Source of the DNA: Perkinsus chesapeaki ATCC PRA-425
Lineage: Eukaryota > Protista > Perkinsozoa
Assembly (NCBI GenBank): GCA_013115145.1
Contig: JAAPAO010000030.1
Span: forward strand, 1-64,000
Length of the DNA stretch: 64,000 bases
Reading direction: 5' to 3'
Positions 9,520-23,142 of the stretch are shown here, piece after piece (position 1 is the first letter of the stretch; the number at the start of each line of letters is the position of its first letter). Under the pieces are notes generated by a model that was not told the origin of the DNA, did no database searches, and was given only the letters and a program-made list of their open reading frames with translations. The position numbers and the translations under genes were made by a program.

Positions 9520-10368
9520 ATGACTCAGACATATGGGCCTGGTTCCACCATCACCGTGCATGTTAACTATGCCAGAGACCTCTATGATACAGAGTTATTC
9601 GGAGCCATGGACCCGTATTGCTTGGTTATATTAGGGGCATTGCAGTAGGGGGTAGATCAAGCGTTTTGTTGAGGAAAAGTTGGTATCAGATACCGTACGG
9701 AAACTAAGAAGAGTGCTGGTCAATACCCGAAATGGGACCAGCTATTCAGCTTCCGGTATAATAATGAAAGCACCCTTCGCTTTGTTGTGTATGATAAAGA
9801 CACTATGTCATCGGATGACTTTGTGGGAGAGGCTACAGTGTCCCTACCAGCAATAGCAGCTAAAGGGGGTGATTGGATGGGGGATCTACAATTGTATAGG
9901 AAAAAGAATAAGCCAGCTGGGGCACTCAACGTGAGGTAACATTACTGTTCACCTATTAAGAGCTATATAATGACGTTAGGGTGCAGATGTCAGCAGCTGG
10001 AGGCTGCAAGCCTATAGTGCAAGCACAACCAATGGTCATAGCAGAAGCTAAGCCATTAGTAACACAAGCAACAGTAATAAGGATGACATCTTCGTATTAT
10101 ATGTCATCCTATTCAGCTCGTTCAACCACTACCTATGCCGATCGTCCAGGGTCAACCAGTGATACCACAGCAAGCAATGATGGCAGCCCCCGCTCCAATG
10201 GGTTATGCGCCAATGCCATCCTATCAACCTATGATGAATCCTTACCAACCCATGTACCCTCAACCAGTTGGATACGCTCCTCCTCCTCCTCCTATGTATG
10301 CTCCCCCTCCATCCCAGCCTTACTATTATGGTCCAACAGGTTGGAGGGGTGGTGATGTAAGCAGCTAG
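9520..10368 (+). CDS. C2-domain protein with Pro/Met/Tyr-rich tail (spliced)
   Basis: Spliced reading MTQTYGPGSTITVHVNYARDLYDTELFGAMDPYC...PKWDQLFSF...LRFVVYDKDTMSSDDFVGEA is a classical C2 domain with Ca-ligand aspartates. Confidence 0.85.
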
Positions 10369-10735
10369 TAAGCAGAGGAGGCCTGATGCTTCTAATCAGA
10401 CAGCAGCAGCAGCAGCCCTGTACAGTATGCGTCTGATGGTTAGTTTTTGTATTTCTCTCGCCTGCGTTGGTTATTAATGTTCCGTGTAACAATTGGTTTC
10501 TATTTTGGCACTTTGTCCAGTTTTGGGGGAGAGAGGTAAAGCCGTGGAAGCGGTGCAGTGCTGCTGTTATGTGGCTATAGTAGCAATGAACTTTATTGGT
10601 CGCCGTGGGATAGAATATCTGTGCGGGTCAAGTCAGCTTAAGAGTCGGATAAAGAGGGATCAGTGCAGGGTGCATCTATGAGGGGAGAGCGGTTGCTGTT
10701 ATGCTGGGTTGTGCGATTAGTATTATTATTTTTTA

Positions 10736-12000
10736 ATGAAGGCATTTCTACGTCGAACACTATCATTAGGGGACTCACCCAGGACAAAGGCAATGGCATT
10801 GAAGAAGGAAGGCAATGCTTTATTTTCTGAGGGGGAGTACGATAAGGCTGCTGAGGCCTATTCGAAGGCATGCCAGGTGGTGACGAAAGATTCTAAAATG
10901 TAGTACAGGGGGAACTAAGGGGAGGATACAGAGGATGATTGGTGTCGAGCGTTGGTGGATAATTGACACGCCACACAAACGATGAAAGATAGAGGCGCTT
11001 GTTGGGGAGGACTTGGTTAGGAACTTCTGGATCGATGGAGCCCGACAATGGGTGATCTTAGTCACCAATACTGTTAAAGCGACATGAAGCAGTATGGGGT
11101 AGTAGTTGAAGAGACAATCCCTTCAGAAAGAGCCTCATGCCCACGATGAGCCACCGATCTAGAATGAAAATAAAGAGCCATATACAACAGACACAAACGA
11201 CGTGAGAACGAAGGACAGTTTATTATTAACCATCTCTACCTAGACTAAGTTGTTGCTAACTAGCCTTGTTAGGATCCTAACGCTCCGGTGCAACTGGGCT
11301 TTGTGCCTGCAAAAACTGGGGGACTACTCTGGTGCACTTACAGTGTTAATTGATGCCATGCGGCTATGTGATCCAGAGGACTGTGACACTAACCCTAAAT
11401 TTCTATATAGGTGAGAGGAATGGGGGTTAAGTGAGAGAATGGACGATGTAGGTATGCGGTATGCCTGCGGCATGTATCTCAGGAACGGTCGGAAAACTCT
11501 AATAAAGGTAAGGTAGTTGTAGAGGGTAGGAGATGGAAGATGTTGGTAGGGTCGGCTGAGGAGCTTTTAATGGAGGCTAGAGACTATCTGCGTAGGGCTA
11601 TAGCACTGTGCCCACAGGATAAGGCAATAAGGGAGGAGTTAGCTACGGTTAAAGGACTATTACAACCGATGCATACTAATGGATCTACTAAAGAGGCTCT
11701 TGCGAAAGGTAATGATAGGGAGATGTAGGCCTTAGCTACCGATGGACGGTAGTAGCACTGTTATTACTGTGCTGAGGATGGTGCGTTGAATGCGCTATAC
11801 CGGCAAGGTTGTATTTAGGGTTTCTCGATCTATATTCGGATAAGCCTGATTGGAATGAGTCTCGAGCAGCAGAAGTAGCCGAGTCACAAAAGCAGCCTCG
11901 ACCAGTGAACCCATTACCTGACCGTTATGGTGCGGAGTATTGGCAAGAGCGTAGAGAGAAGTGGCTGGAAGGGTGTCAAGTTGGCCAGAGGGGTACTAGG
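10736..12000 (+). CDS. TPR-repeat protein (FKBP/cyclophilin-co-chaperone-type TPRs), spliced
   Basis: LKKEGNALFSEGEYDKAAEAYSKA; LRCNWALCLQKLGDYSGA; EARDYLRRAIALCPQDKAIREEL. The 3' end is uncertain. Confidence 0.7.
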
Positions 12001-12106
12001 GATAGGGGCAGGGCTGGATTATGGATGTTATATGGTTTGGAACGAAAATTAATCAACAACGTTTTTGAGTGTCTCTTACACGAGGTAGAATGAGGGTGGC
12101 GAGCTA

Positions 12107-12194
12107 CCCTCGAGCCGTAGGATCCATCATCCCTCGAGCCGTAGGATCCATCATCCCTCGAGCCGTACCCCATCACAAGCCGTAGGATCCATCA
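12107..12194. repeat. 24-bp tandem repeat (CCCTCGAGCCGTAGGATCCATCAT), 2 full plus 2 partial units
   Basis: Read directly from the sequence. Confidence 0.9.
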
Positions 12195-13547
12195 GCGATA
12201 CTCCGGTCCTCACACCTCCTCATCCACTGCTATCAAGTTGCGGATCTTATCTCTCTTTTTCTGCTTGAGAGCTACTTTTCGTACCGCAGTTCCAGAGGTT
12301 TTGGAACTACACGCCTGGTGAATCCAGCAGTGGAAAATAATAGCCATTCACAGGAGTAATCATGTCTGTTCGCCTGGGCCTTCACACCTATGAGTGTCTG
12401 GTTAATCGTCTTCTGGTGAAGCGCCATGACTGATGGTTGTTGATTACATGGTTTACCGTTTTACTAGCCTCAGCTCCATATTGTGTGCAGTAGTGTGGGT
12501 AACTGTTTAGGGTCTGTGGATACTGTATCAAGTGATGAGGGTACACCGGAGAAGGATAAAGATAGTGGATGGTTTACGTGGGGATCGAGAGATAAGGATG
12601 GTAGTATAGGGAGAAGGAGAAGGATGGGGCAGCGGGGTCATACTTTGACTGCATAGGAAAATATAAACTGGAGATTATCGTTTGGTGTATTTTTGGATGT
12701 ATTGGGTTGAATTTTTCCATCAGAAAGATGGCCGCAACTACACAGCTTGGTTCCCCGTACATGGGCCCTGAAGCTCAGGCATCGATTAGGGCCCATCCTA
12801 TCCACACTGGCCGGGGCCCTGAAAAAAGTTTCCTAGTGTTTCACTCTAGTGGGCCCATTAGGACTAGGGAGCTTCTAATGTACATATACTAGTTCATTAT
12901 CGTATAGTGTTTCCCTTATTATTATCATGGGTATTAAAGGTTTACATCTATACAGTCTACAATGAGTAGTATTAGGTAAACTAGTAACTCATCTTTTTAA
13001 TGTCATGTGGACTGACGTAAAAGGTAGTAAGTGATCCTAATTATAATCGTAGGAATAACAAAATGAATGTGCATTATGGTGGGCAATATACAATTAACAG
13101 CTTATTGAGCTGTATGAGATCTGATAGAGCTACTACATAATAGGCCTCTAGCCCCTAGCATCCCTTCATCCCCTTCTTTTAGCTCTTGCCGATGTTATAA
13201 TGGAGGTATCAGAGCCCTACACTCCCCTGCCTAAACCATTTAAGCTGTCAACAGCTGTTAAAGTAGCAAATGAAGTCTGGGCTAATAATGGATATTGATG
13301 TTCACGACGGCAGCCATTGGTAAAGCTGGTGTACAATTTCACTCACTACAGCCTCTCATGGTTGCCGTCACTTTATAAGGCCATCTCTGATCGAGGGTGT
13401 AGGAGCCTTGCTGTTACATTGCCATTCAAGCCTTCTAAGTGATATATTAATAGTAGACATTTCTACTGTTAATGAGTGTTGAGTGTTCTAGGGTGGCAGA
13501 AGGGGGACAGATTATTGTGTGCTAGTTTTGAGTGAGAGTAGATCAAG

Positions 13548-15552
13548 ATGTTATCTCCATTCGGGTCGCCTGTTCGTAAGGATGATCGTGAGATTGAGTT
13601 ACAGCCTCGCCGTTGGACCAAGGAGGAGCCTTTGCCTAACGAGCTGCCATATGAGGTTGATGGAGGTTCTAGTCCAGTGAAGAAAGCAGATGACTCCCCA
13701 GTGCAAAGAAGGACAGCTATATCGCCTAAGGGTCTCTTCTATATGGCTCTATTGGCCCTACAGTATGGCAGTCAACCGCTAATCACCACAACTTTCACGC
13801 CGAGGTAGTAGCTGTAGTTTCGGGGGGGCTGCTGGGTTGGTATGTATGCGTTCAGGAGTATACCTTCCTCAGCTATTGTTACTATAACAGAGATCGTTAA
13901 GTTTTTCCTGGCCATCGGATTAATGTTTGCCGAAGGTAAGTCTGTTGCTGTTGTATACGACGCCTGATGAACCTGTTGTTAGGTTCGGCTTCGACGGCAC
14001 TGCGGGGATGGACGCTACGAGGCAGTTTTGTTGCTGCTGCCTTGCCAGCGATAAGCTACTCTTTGCAGAATATCTGCATTCAGATAGCATTCCAAAATCT
14101 AGATCCTCTTGTGTACAACTTGGTTAACCAGACAAAGCTTCTCTCCACTGCAGTAGGTCGAGGCTGGGGTAGGCTCGTGCGCCTTAGTGTTTTGGTAGTT
14201 ATTAACTTATCTGTTCCTTGGTAAGAGACAAAGCAAGCAGCAGCTCATTGCTTTGGGAATGTTGTTCGTTGCTGCTGTGATGATCAGCGTTGGTAGGTTG
14301 CTCGTGTCTTCTTGTGGGGATGCTTCTGTCCAGGTCAGGCCACAGAGCCTCCGGAGCCGGCAAGCGAGAGGAACGCCCGTCTGGGGCTTATCTGCGTAAG
14401 GGGCTCTGCGTAAGCACCTTAGGTTCACCATATTGTACAGGTTCTCACGGCCAGCGCCCTCTCTGGTGTAGGGGCATCTATCTCCGAGCTTGCTCTTCAG
14501 ACCTACAGCCGAAATAGGTAAGATAGTGATAGCCATCGGGTTGAATTAAATACATAGCCGATATGTGCGAGTGGGTCTCTTAGAGTGCTTTGTATAGTGG
14601 CCCCGTTGAGGGGGCCCTATTTCATCATGACTGGTTCACTGCAAAGTATCTCATAGCAACTTATTAGGGTTGTTACGTATTCCCACATGTGTGAAAGCAA
14701 AGATAATAAATGATCTCTCTGTAAAACAGAGTCTTGATTTTGCTCCCTCTGGTATCACTGAAAGCGCATTGGTTGCCACCGAAGTGCATCGGATCGAATG
14801 TATTGAAATGATATTGATACATTATCATAGTGCATGGTCAAACACTTACGTGCGCATTGTTATCAACTCCCTCATTTCGACGACAGTCCGGGGGCTATGA
14901 TATCACTGTAGCTATGTTCCCTAAGCCTGCCCAACATGCACGCTGGTATTAAGCCACATTAGTAATGCTAAAATTAGAGCGAAGAGTTACGAATTTGGTC
15001 GCTACGCAGTTCTTCTAGTTCCACCAATAGTTGCATTATTGTCAGTTTTCTCTTCTCGGCTGAGCTAGCAGTGTACTCTGTCATTGCTATATCAATCGGG
15101 GAACTATTCAAAGATGGTCATCTCCCAGCTGTTAAAGAGGCTCTGCAGTCCTGGACAATGCTCATACCAATCTGTACCGCTCCTTTCTCTATCAACCTAA
15201 CTTTCCATCATATCATCTTAGTTACCGCGGCCATGGGAGGCATCTTTGTCGGTCAAGTGACCAAGTACGCCGGAAGCGTAAGCCTTCATGTTAGCCTCAG
15301 CATCTAAACGAGTTGTGCAGGTCCAGAAGGGGTTCTCGATAATCGCTGGTATCATCTTTACAGCCTTCTTGAGGAGCGTTTTCCTCCATAAGCCCTTAAC
15401 AACTGAGCTGATACTTTCAGCGCCTCTTACAGCCGTTGCAACCTATATGTAGGGGACAGGTTTTGTGTCGCGTGAGGCTCATACCGTATCTTGCTTTAAT
15501 CAGGTATGCGAAGTACCCATACAAGCCACAAGCACAAGGCAGTAAAGAGTGA
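13548..15552 (+). CDS. Nucleotide-sugar transporter, SLC35A family (UDP-Gal/CMP-Sia type), spliced
   Basis: LALQYGSQPLI; TEIVKF; PAISYSLQN..Q.AFQNLDPLVYNLVNQTKLLSTA; multiple TM exons; ends YAKYPYKPQAQGSKE*. Confidence 0.85.
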
Positions 15553-15729
15553 AAGATGACTAAGAGTATCTGTTGTGAACTACTTACCAGTACATATTAT
15601 TTCCGACCACCAAAATCTCCGTCTGTATGTTGTTATCTTCTTGCATGCAATCGCTGTTGTGTGAAAGCTACTACTTCAATGCTAGTTGGGGCTATATGAA
15701 ATAGGATAAGCTTTTTAACTAACTTTGTT

Positions 15730-16467
15730 ATGACGCCCGAAAAGAGTAGCGCTGGTGTGCACGTCCTATTGACGGGTTTTGGGCCCTTCACAGGGGTAAC
15801 CGAGAATCCTACACAGATAGTTGCAGAGGCACTTGATAGAGAGCCTGACAAACGCATAGGTAGATAACCTGCCTCAGCTGCTGCTGCTGCTCATTCATAC
15901 CATTACTTAGGCGCTTACAGCCAGTATACAGTGGTTGACCCTGCGGTTGAGGTCTCTGTGGGCGAGTGTGAGCGTATGTCGAAGGCAATGGCCGATAAGG
16001 CCGAGGCTTTGACAGGAAAAGCTCTGGTCCTCCATATGGGAGTCGATGCTGCGTGTGATCATTTTAAGTTGGAGCGTAGGAGATGAGCAGATCCTCGATC
16101 CCGGGAATCCCTTCTTTAAACAGGTACAGCGTACAACCTGGCTGACTTCAGAGTTCCCGATGTCAAAGGCGCGCACCTTCGAGGCCATAAGATCATTCCC
16201 GAAGCCCCTCAGGAGCTTCAAACCGTAGTCGACGTTGAAGCTGTGGTGCGTTCATGCCCGGACGAGAGCTGCCGTTTGGTGGTGTCAGATGATGCTGGGC
16301 GATATCTTTGTAACTTCATTTATTTCAACTCCCTGTATAACACAGCTAACCATGCACTCTTCCTCCATTTGCCTTCGCTTGATGCCTGCCCTAGGGATGT
16401 CCAGTGTGGGTTTGTAAAGAGCGTGCTGAACGCAGTAGCCGAAGAATGTGAAAGAAGCCACTTTTGA
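15730..16467 (+). CDS. Pyroglutamyl-peptidase I (peptidase C15), spliced
   Basis: VLLTGFGPFTGVTENP; LHMGV; SDDAGRYLCNFIYFNSL; FLHLP (catalytic Cys/His motifs). Confidence 0.9.
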
Positions 16468-16649
16468 GGGTCAGTTTGCCTTCGCGTTGGTCACCCATTT
16501 GTCCTGTGTTGAACATGAAATGTCTAGTTTTGTGTGCTTGAATTTAGGATCTTTCGCGAAAGATATTTTCTAGGTCGATTGCAATGCTTCCTTGGCCAGC
16601 AAGATGATATGTGTTCCTGCAATGATTGACCTTTTTATGTCTGTTTTTA

Positions 16650-19305
16650 ATGCTTGCTCTGGACGCCATTCGGAGGGGCAGTTACCGCTGTGGCTTGGGA
16701 GGTGGTGGCAGATCGGTCCGCTTCCCTCTGCCTTACTCTTTGGCCAGTACGCTCCCACGGGTCTTCACCACTTCAACTAGTAGGCTGTCATACCGTGGCA
16801 CTAGGACTCACTTAGAGCTGCTCAGATAGGGGAACCAATGTGAAGCGGTCCAACAAAGATATGGAAAGGGAATGGGTTAGACAGGCAATAGAGGCATTCC
16901 AAAGGCAGCTGAGAGAGCCTGATCATGTAAGCTTCAGTGGCATAGATCTGGTGGCTAGAGGTGTCAGAAAAGGTATGGATACGGAGACCCGAGGCTCGCA
17001 AGCAATTCGGCTTGTCGGATTTTGATCTGGACGAGCTGGCCTGTTTTCACAAACAAAACCCGTATGAATCGGATGAGCAGTCATGGACAGTTTATCGGCT
17101 GCCAGATGTGATACAATGTGCCAAGAAGAAGTAGGTATGGCAGCTGCTGCTACTGCGGCTGTTGGTATTACTTATCCTTGAATGGTGTTATTGGAAAGTT
17201 CAGTGCTTACTTACCGTGGGGGGGGGCTTCCCTGTTGTTTGGAAATTATATGATAAATTACGGTATAAGTATTATTAACAGCATCAAAGAAGTATTCATG
17301 CTCCAACTAAGGGTTGAGAAAGTAGAGGGATGAATACGAGAACCTTTTATGAGCCTATTAGCGCTATCCATCTGATCACCATCCACCGGGCACTGCGTCA
17401 TCTTGGCAGATTCTGGGAGGAGGTGGTGGTGGTAGTGGTATTGTTGTAGGTACAAGTCAGAGGAGACTATTATGATACGCTATAAGCATTACCTCGAGTC
17501 AGAGGCCCACAAAAGTAGGCATAGGCGGAACATTTACGGCATGGATGAAGTAGGCGGCGGCATGACGGCAAATACACAACAGCTCTCCTACTAAAACCTC
17601 ATCAGGTGTGGGATGACTCAAACACAGAGGAGCCCGAGGCCCCACCTTCCCTGGCCATCTGGAGGAAATGGTCCGCCAGTGACAAGGCCATCAGTGGCGC
17701 GGCAAGTGTATTGATGTTGGCTATTCGTTGTTGTAGCTCAGCATGCTCGTTGGTGATCAGGTATGGCAGGGTCTTCTATCTAATGTTGGTATAGCTAGTG
17801 TTAAGCTACTGGTGTGGATATCAACAGGGAGCAGTGCAGTGTGAGTAGTTGCAGGCAAGTTCATCTTGTACTTAGCAGCTCTCAGGTTCGCTGACCTTAT
17901 GCACTCTGGTGCCGATGTTGCCAATTATGGGTATCGATACAGCTCCTTGTTAGCTAGTTTTGGCAAGGGACGTGACATACATCATCCGTAAGCAGGGACC
18001 ACCGCCTTACCGGCCATCAGCTCGGCTTTCAGGTACGGTTACGGTAGACAGCGTAACATAGCAGCTGATCGGTCCTTCTTCATCCTCACTGCGGTGGGGG
18101 GCATGATACCGATGTATAGCCTAGTTCAATGTAGCCAACCCTCACCCTCCTGTCCAGGTTCACAGCCGTCAGAGACCTCTTCGAGCACAGCCCTATAGCG
18201 TCCCTCTCGGCAACCGCGGTAGCAGCAGCAGGGGGTGGCACGGCTGCACTCGGCCTCGGGTCGGCCCTGGGCCTGCCGGTGGGACTGTTCCTCTCCACTC
18301 TCGTTCATGTGTAGATGTGTTAGGTAGGCATGTTCCTGGTATCGGCGTCACTAGAGGCTCTTGCTCTTAATGAGGCCTATCGGGAGCTGCGCCAAAGGAA
18401 CGTTGCGGTGATTGATGCTATCCGGACAGGAGCTGATGTAAGACCCCATCGATCCGGCCGGTCATCATCCGGTTACCGTCTTCAGATCATGCCAGTGGCG
18501 ACATTCCTAGAAGCCGGCAGTGGCATCCTCGGCGCGGCTATAGGCATCGCTGGAGTGGTAGGCGGCGGCCACCCATCTACTATTCCTCAGCAATCCTCGG
18601 GCTAGGTAGCATCGTATTGCCTAGCGTCACCGATACCGGACATGGTGGCATCCTTGGTGATGTCTGGAGTCGTCAGTGGCGTGGGGATACACCTACTTAG
18701 GCGAAGTGAGCTTCCTAAGATAGAGGAGTGCTCATTTGTGCTGGCTGAGGTACGCAGCTGCTGCTAGGAGCCACTCTACCGAGCGATGAGGTGGAGAAGG
18801 TTATACGCTCCCTGGAAGGTGACCCAGTCGTCGTTGGAGTCTACGATGTTAAAACTGAGTTGGTCGGAACAGTACGGCATGACTTGTTATGTTGCTGTGG
18901 CCGATTTTTCTCGCTCAGACCACCGCTAGATTCAAGGCGGAGGTCGAGTTCAATGCGGAGGCGGTTACTCGGAGGCGGCTAAAGATAGCTCAGGTCAACG
19001 AGGCAGTGACGAAGCCCGGCCCGAGCTTCAGAGCCCTATGGCCCTATGGCAGAGCCTCGGTGAGCCGACGGGGATAATAGAGTGCAGGACTTCTCCATCA
19101 GGCCGATCCTATAAACTGCGTGACAGCATCGATGAAGGAAGCGGCGTCTAGAGGCCCATCAAAGGCTGAGGACTGGCTTATGCGAAATGATGCGTTGTTC
19201 CTTTTGGCGCTCACGAGAGAGCTCAAACGGCTGGAAAGGCTCATCAGAGACACCCTGCCGGCGAACAAGTATTCCCATGTACATGTTGATTTGGAGCCTT
19301 GGTAA
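16650..19305 (+). CDS. SLC30A9: Zinc transporter ZnT9/SLC30A9-like (XPA-like N-domain plus cation-efflux domain), spliced
   Basis: Arg/Ser-rich transit-like N-terminus; FGLSDFDLDEL..KQNPY..VYRLPDV (XPA_C-like); VKLLVWISTGSSAVFADLMHSGADVAN; LEGDPVVVGVYDVKTE..RFKAEVEFN; ends HVDLEPW*. Confidence 0.8.
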
Positions 19306-19464
19306 ATATTTACAAAACTGTCTGTATAATATTAATAATTATAACGTATTATTCATCACCTGCATCATCATCGTCATCTTTAACCTTACTTTCATTACGA
19401 TTCCTATTGAGTTCATCTCCTAGTAGCGGTTGGGTAACAAAACTCTAACAGTCCATAGTTAAAA

Positions 19465-20550
19465 GTGTTGCATTATTTCAAACGGCGAAAGGAGAAGCAA
19501 GAAGCTTCCTCCAGTCATCAGTCATGTCAGCCATCAGTCAGAGAGGAGAGGACCCTCAAGCACGAGTACACTCTGCCGGCCGCCTTAAGAACGAGCGAAG
19601 GTCTCGTCAGGGGCGTGTGGCTATCATTTGAAGCTCTAGAATGGTTTACGCCTTTACCGAATGGTCCGGATGAGCTGAGGGATCTTCTTATTGTTGTATT
19701 CGACTTGGAGCATATTGCTACTCTACGAGGGAGTGTGAAATTGAACCCGAGAATTCGGAAGATGGGCGAAGGCAGCTACTGTCGAGTGGTAGCTGATGAC
19801 CGCATTGCATTGCGGCGGATGCCATCAAGGGAAACCGAGAAGATGCAATTAAGGTTTCCGGAGATGATGGTGAAGGCCGCCGATCTAGGTGTGACTGGTC
19901 GAGTGTACGGTTATGGATGGTGTCGGCAACATATGGGTGGCCATGATCGAAGCATGTGCCTTGTACAGGAAAAGCTCGAGCCCGTTGATAGCATAATGCA
20001 GATTGATGAAGAGGAACTGTTTGAGGTTGTTTCCAAGCTATCAACTTTAACATTTCATAATGACCTCAAATTGGACAACATAATGCGAGACCCTCGAGAT
20101 GGCTCACTGAAGCTCATCGACTTCGACCTAGTATCACCTAATTGTTTTCTTATACCTGTCACGGCGTCACAAAATATTATTGTTAATTGTAAAGAGGAAT
20201 TCCCTAACTTTGAACATTACGCCGTTCGTTTCAGAACCTACTACGACTACTTTACCTTCTCCCTCACTCTCCCGGGTACCTCTAAGCTCTACCATCTAGT
20301 GTTGAACCGTTTGATCTTGTTGGGTGCGGAACTCAAGCCTTTCTTGGAAGGTGTTGTGGGCGCTATATCACCCGATAGATTGGAGGAGGTCCCTTTTGAG
20401 GCTCTTGTGAAGGAGCGCGGCATCGAGGGTGTGACAGTTAATATATTTGATTTGGCCGGTAACGCTATATCCCATGGAATAAAGGAAGTCCCCGAGGGAG
20501 CATTCCAATTGGTCAAATCAAACGGTGTTTACGCCTTCCGGAGAGATTAG
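19465..20550 (+). CDS. Divergent intronless protein-kinase-like protein
   Basis: MGEGSYCRV (Gly loop), HNDLKLDNIM (catalytic loop), KLIDFD (DFG-like). The true start is uncertain. Confidence 0.75.
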   Translation: MLHYFKRRKEKQEASSSHQSCQPSVREERTLKHEYTLPAALRTSEGLVRGVWLSFEALEWFTPLPNGPDELRDLLIVVFDLEHIATLRGSVKLNPRIRKMGEGSYCRVVADDRIALRRMPSRETEKMQLRFPEMMVKAADLGVTGRVYGYGWCRQHMGGHDRSMCLVQEKLEPVDSIMQIDEEELFEVVSKLSTLTFHNDLKLDNIMRDPRDGSLKLIDFDLVSPNCFLIPVTASQNIIVNCKEEFPNFEHYAVRFRTYYDYFTFSLTLPGTSKLYHLVLNRLILLGAELKPFLEGVVGAISPDRLEEVPFEALVKERGIEGVTVNIFDLAGNAISHGIKEVPEGAFQLVKSNGVYAFRRD

Positions 20551-21059
20551 ACTTATCACTCATTGAGGTGGTTCGACACCATTCCTGTGTATTCTTCGTG
20601 TAATAGTTTCATTATTGTGTCGTGTCATTGAGTTTATGATAAAGTAACAAAAGACAAATGTGTTATCATCAAAACTGCTAATCCACTATCATCATCAAGC
20701 TTCAATGCTTCCTATACGGATAGAGTCACTCATTTATCAACTAGCCGCCGCCTGGTACAGCGACCGATGCTACCGCTGCTGCTGCTGCTGCTGATGTTAT
20801 CGCTGCTGTTACTTATACGATCAGCCTTGAATGACAAGCTCAGCAAGAACAACAACAATAAAACAACAACAGTCTAGCAGTAATAATAAAAGTACACTGA
20901 GTGAAACTGAAACTCCGAATTGCATTTATAATCATCACCATGCAGCTGATGATGATGATGATGACGACCACGATGTTGTTGTCTTTACCAAATATAACAT
21001 TTACCCAACCTTTACGATAGTAATTAACAATCATCATTATTTAGCAGGACCAGCGGCAG

Positions 21060-22875
21060 CTAGGAGGAATACGATGTCACATTATCAGTACCGCCGCCGC
21101 TGCTGCCCTCGTTGCCCTCACCACCGCGGTTTTGTTGTTGTTGTTGCTGCTGCTGCTGCTGTCGCTGTTGGAGTTGCTCACGTCGTAGAATCTGATGGAC
21201 TGCCATAACTTGTTGCGGTGTTATAACTCCTTGAGGTGACATAGGCATACTGGCGCTTTGTTGCTGTTGCGGCGGCGGCGGTCCTGGCTGATATTGACCT
21301 CCAACGTTATTGCTGCTATTTAGCATTTGCCCCCCACCGGGGGTTGACCGCTGCTGCTGCTGCTGTTGCTGTCTAGTATTCTTTGACATACCATCACCAC
21401 CAGCAGCTCCTCCTCCTTGTTGTTGTTGCAGTGGCTGCTGTTGTTGTTGCTGTTGGTAGCCCCCATACATTGATATAAGATAAGGAGGTATAGGTTGCCC
21501 ACCACCAGTAAGCGCCGGAGATGGGCCAGTGGCAGCCATGTGAGGGGATAACATTCCAGCAGCACTGGCAGCTGCGAACATTTGTTGAGGAGAATACATC
21601 ACTTGAGGGACAAAGCCCATGCCAGCCGCTGGTGCCCCTGGTCCAGGGAAACCCAACCCCCCACCACCACCTTGCATAGGACCCTGCTGCTGCTGTTGTT
21701 GTTGCTGTCCTCCGCCAGATGCTGCCTGAGGTCTGGCTAACCCCGATGCATTATTCATAGTCCAGTAGGCAGATCCTCCTCCTACCCCACCGACGCCTTT
21801 CCCTTTGCCTTTCCCTCTCCCAACACCACCACTGTTGTTGTTGCTGTTGCCGCCACCCATAGGTGACAGTTTGCCTTGAGTTCGTTGGTGATGAGCCTTC
21901 TGGCGTTGAATGATAGGGCCAACATCGAAGGTACCGCTTATAACATCATTGAGTAAGTTGACGCATGTACGAACCTATAAGAAGGAGTCAGCAACAACTG
22001 CTACCTGCTGGCTGGGGACAGAGGCCATTCTCCTACTGCATCAGCCGAGCCAACGATCTTAGCGAATCGAGGGCTGCCATCTTCAACTGCGACTGGCTGA
22101 AGTTGAACCCGACATCCGGTGCGGCGACGGATCTCATCGAGGACACAACTGACAAGTGAACTACGTGGGCTGCTGCTGCTGCTGCTGCTGCTACTGGTTC
22201 TCCTTGGATTCTTACCCTTGCGGTCCAATAACAGTGCCAACCTTATCGACAGGCACTTCAACTTCATCCTCAACATCATTTGGATATAAACATTGACATG
22301 GCTCACACGACAGGACAACTCCGTTTAAATAAGAAATTGCGGCCTGAAGAAGAAGGAGACCAGTGGTCGGTGGTGACAAGATGGAGCATTACGTCAACAG
22401 TGTCCTCTGAGGAGGCAGTAATCTTAAAAGTGCTAAAACCTTGGTCACAAGTAGATTGATCAACCTGATGAATGATATAATGTTGGCGAAGGATGATGAC
22501 GGTTGAATGCTTATCTACTTGAACAAACGCCGTCAGCTCATATCTCAACCTTTTTATGGTCTCTCCACCGCGACCAATTGCCTTACCAACTGCCTTCTGA
22601 GGGATCCTCATCTCCTTAGTAACTTCATTACTAAACCCTCCTCCTCCTCCTCCGGTGGCCCATACCCCTGCCTGTTGGCCACCACGTTGTTGAGCACCCA
22701 TCATACCCCCTCCTCCTGCTGGTCCTGCTGATGCCTGGAAGTTACTATGATTACCATCACCCGCAGTAGTAGTAGAAGGAGAGGCTACCCCGGACATGTG
22801 CGAAGGCCGAGACTGTTGAGGAGGAGGATGATGATGAACTGCACTTGTTGGTGATGGTGGTGATGAGGAGGACAT
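21060..22875 (-). CDS. Two-KH-domain RNA-binding protein with Gln/Gly-rich tail, spliced
   Basis: IPQKAVGKAIGRGGETIKRL; VPVDKVGTVIGPQG..DEIRRRTGCRVQL; polyQ/G C-terminus. Confidence 0.75.
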
Positions 22876-23142
22876 ATAACAGGTAATAGCCAGTCGACTA
22901 TTATAAGTAGGAGATGATAATGCTGGGAAACTCCTAACTTAAACAACGCCTCCAAGTAGGCAAGGGGGAAGGAAAACTCATATCAACTGTAGAAGGTGGG
23001 AAGGAAAATAAGATTACTCTCATCATCAAGTTCAGTGCTACAACGACGATCGTAGAACGGAAACGCAAATGTGGGGCATAACAACGACGACTACGACCAC
23101 GACTGCGTCTAGTGGCAATACGACTGTTGTTGATGTTGTCTA

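Noticed and set aside
12107-12194. CRISPR-like array
   Set aside because: Units are contiguous with no unique spacers, and the context is eukaryotic.
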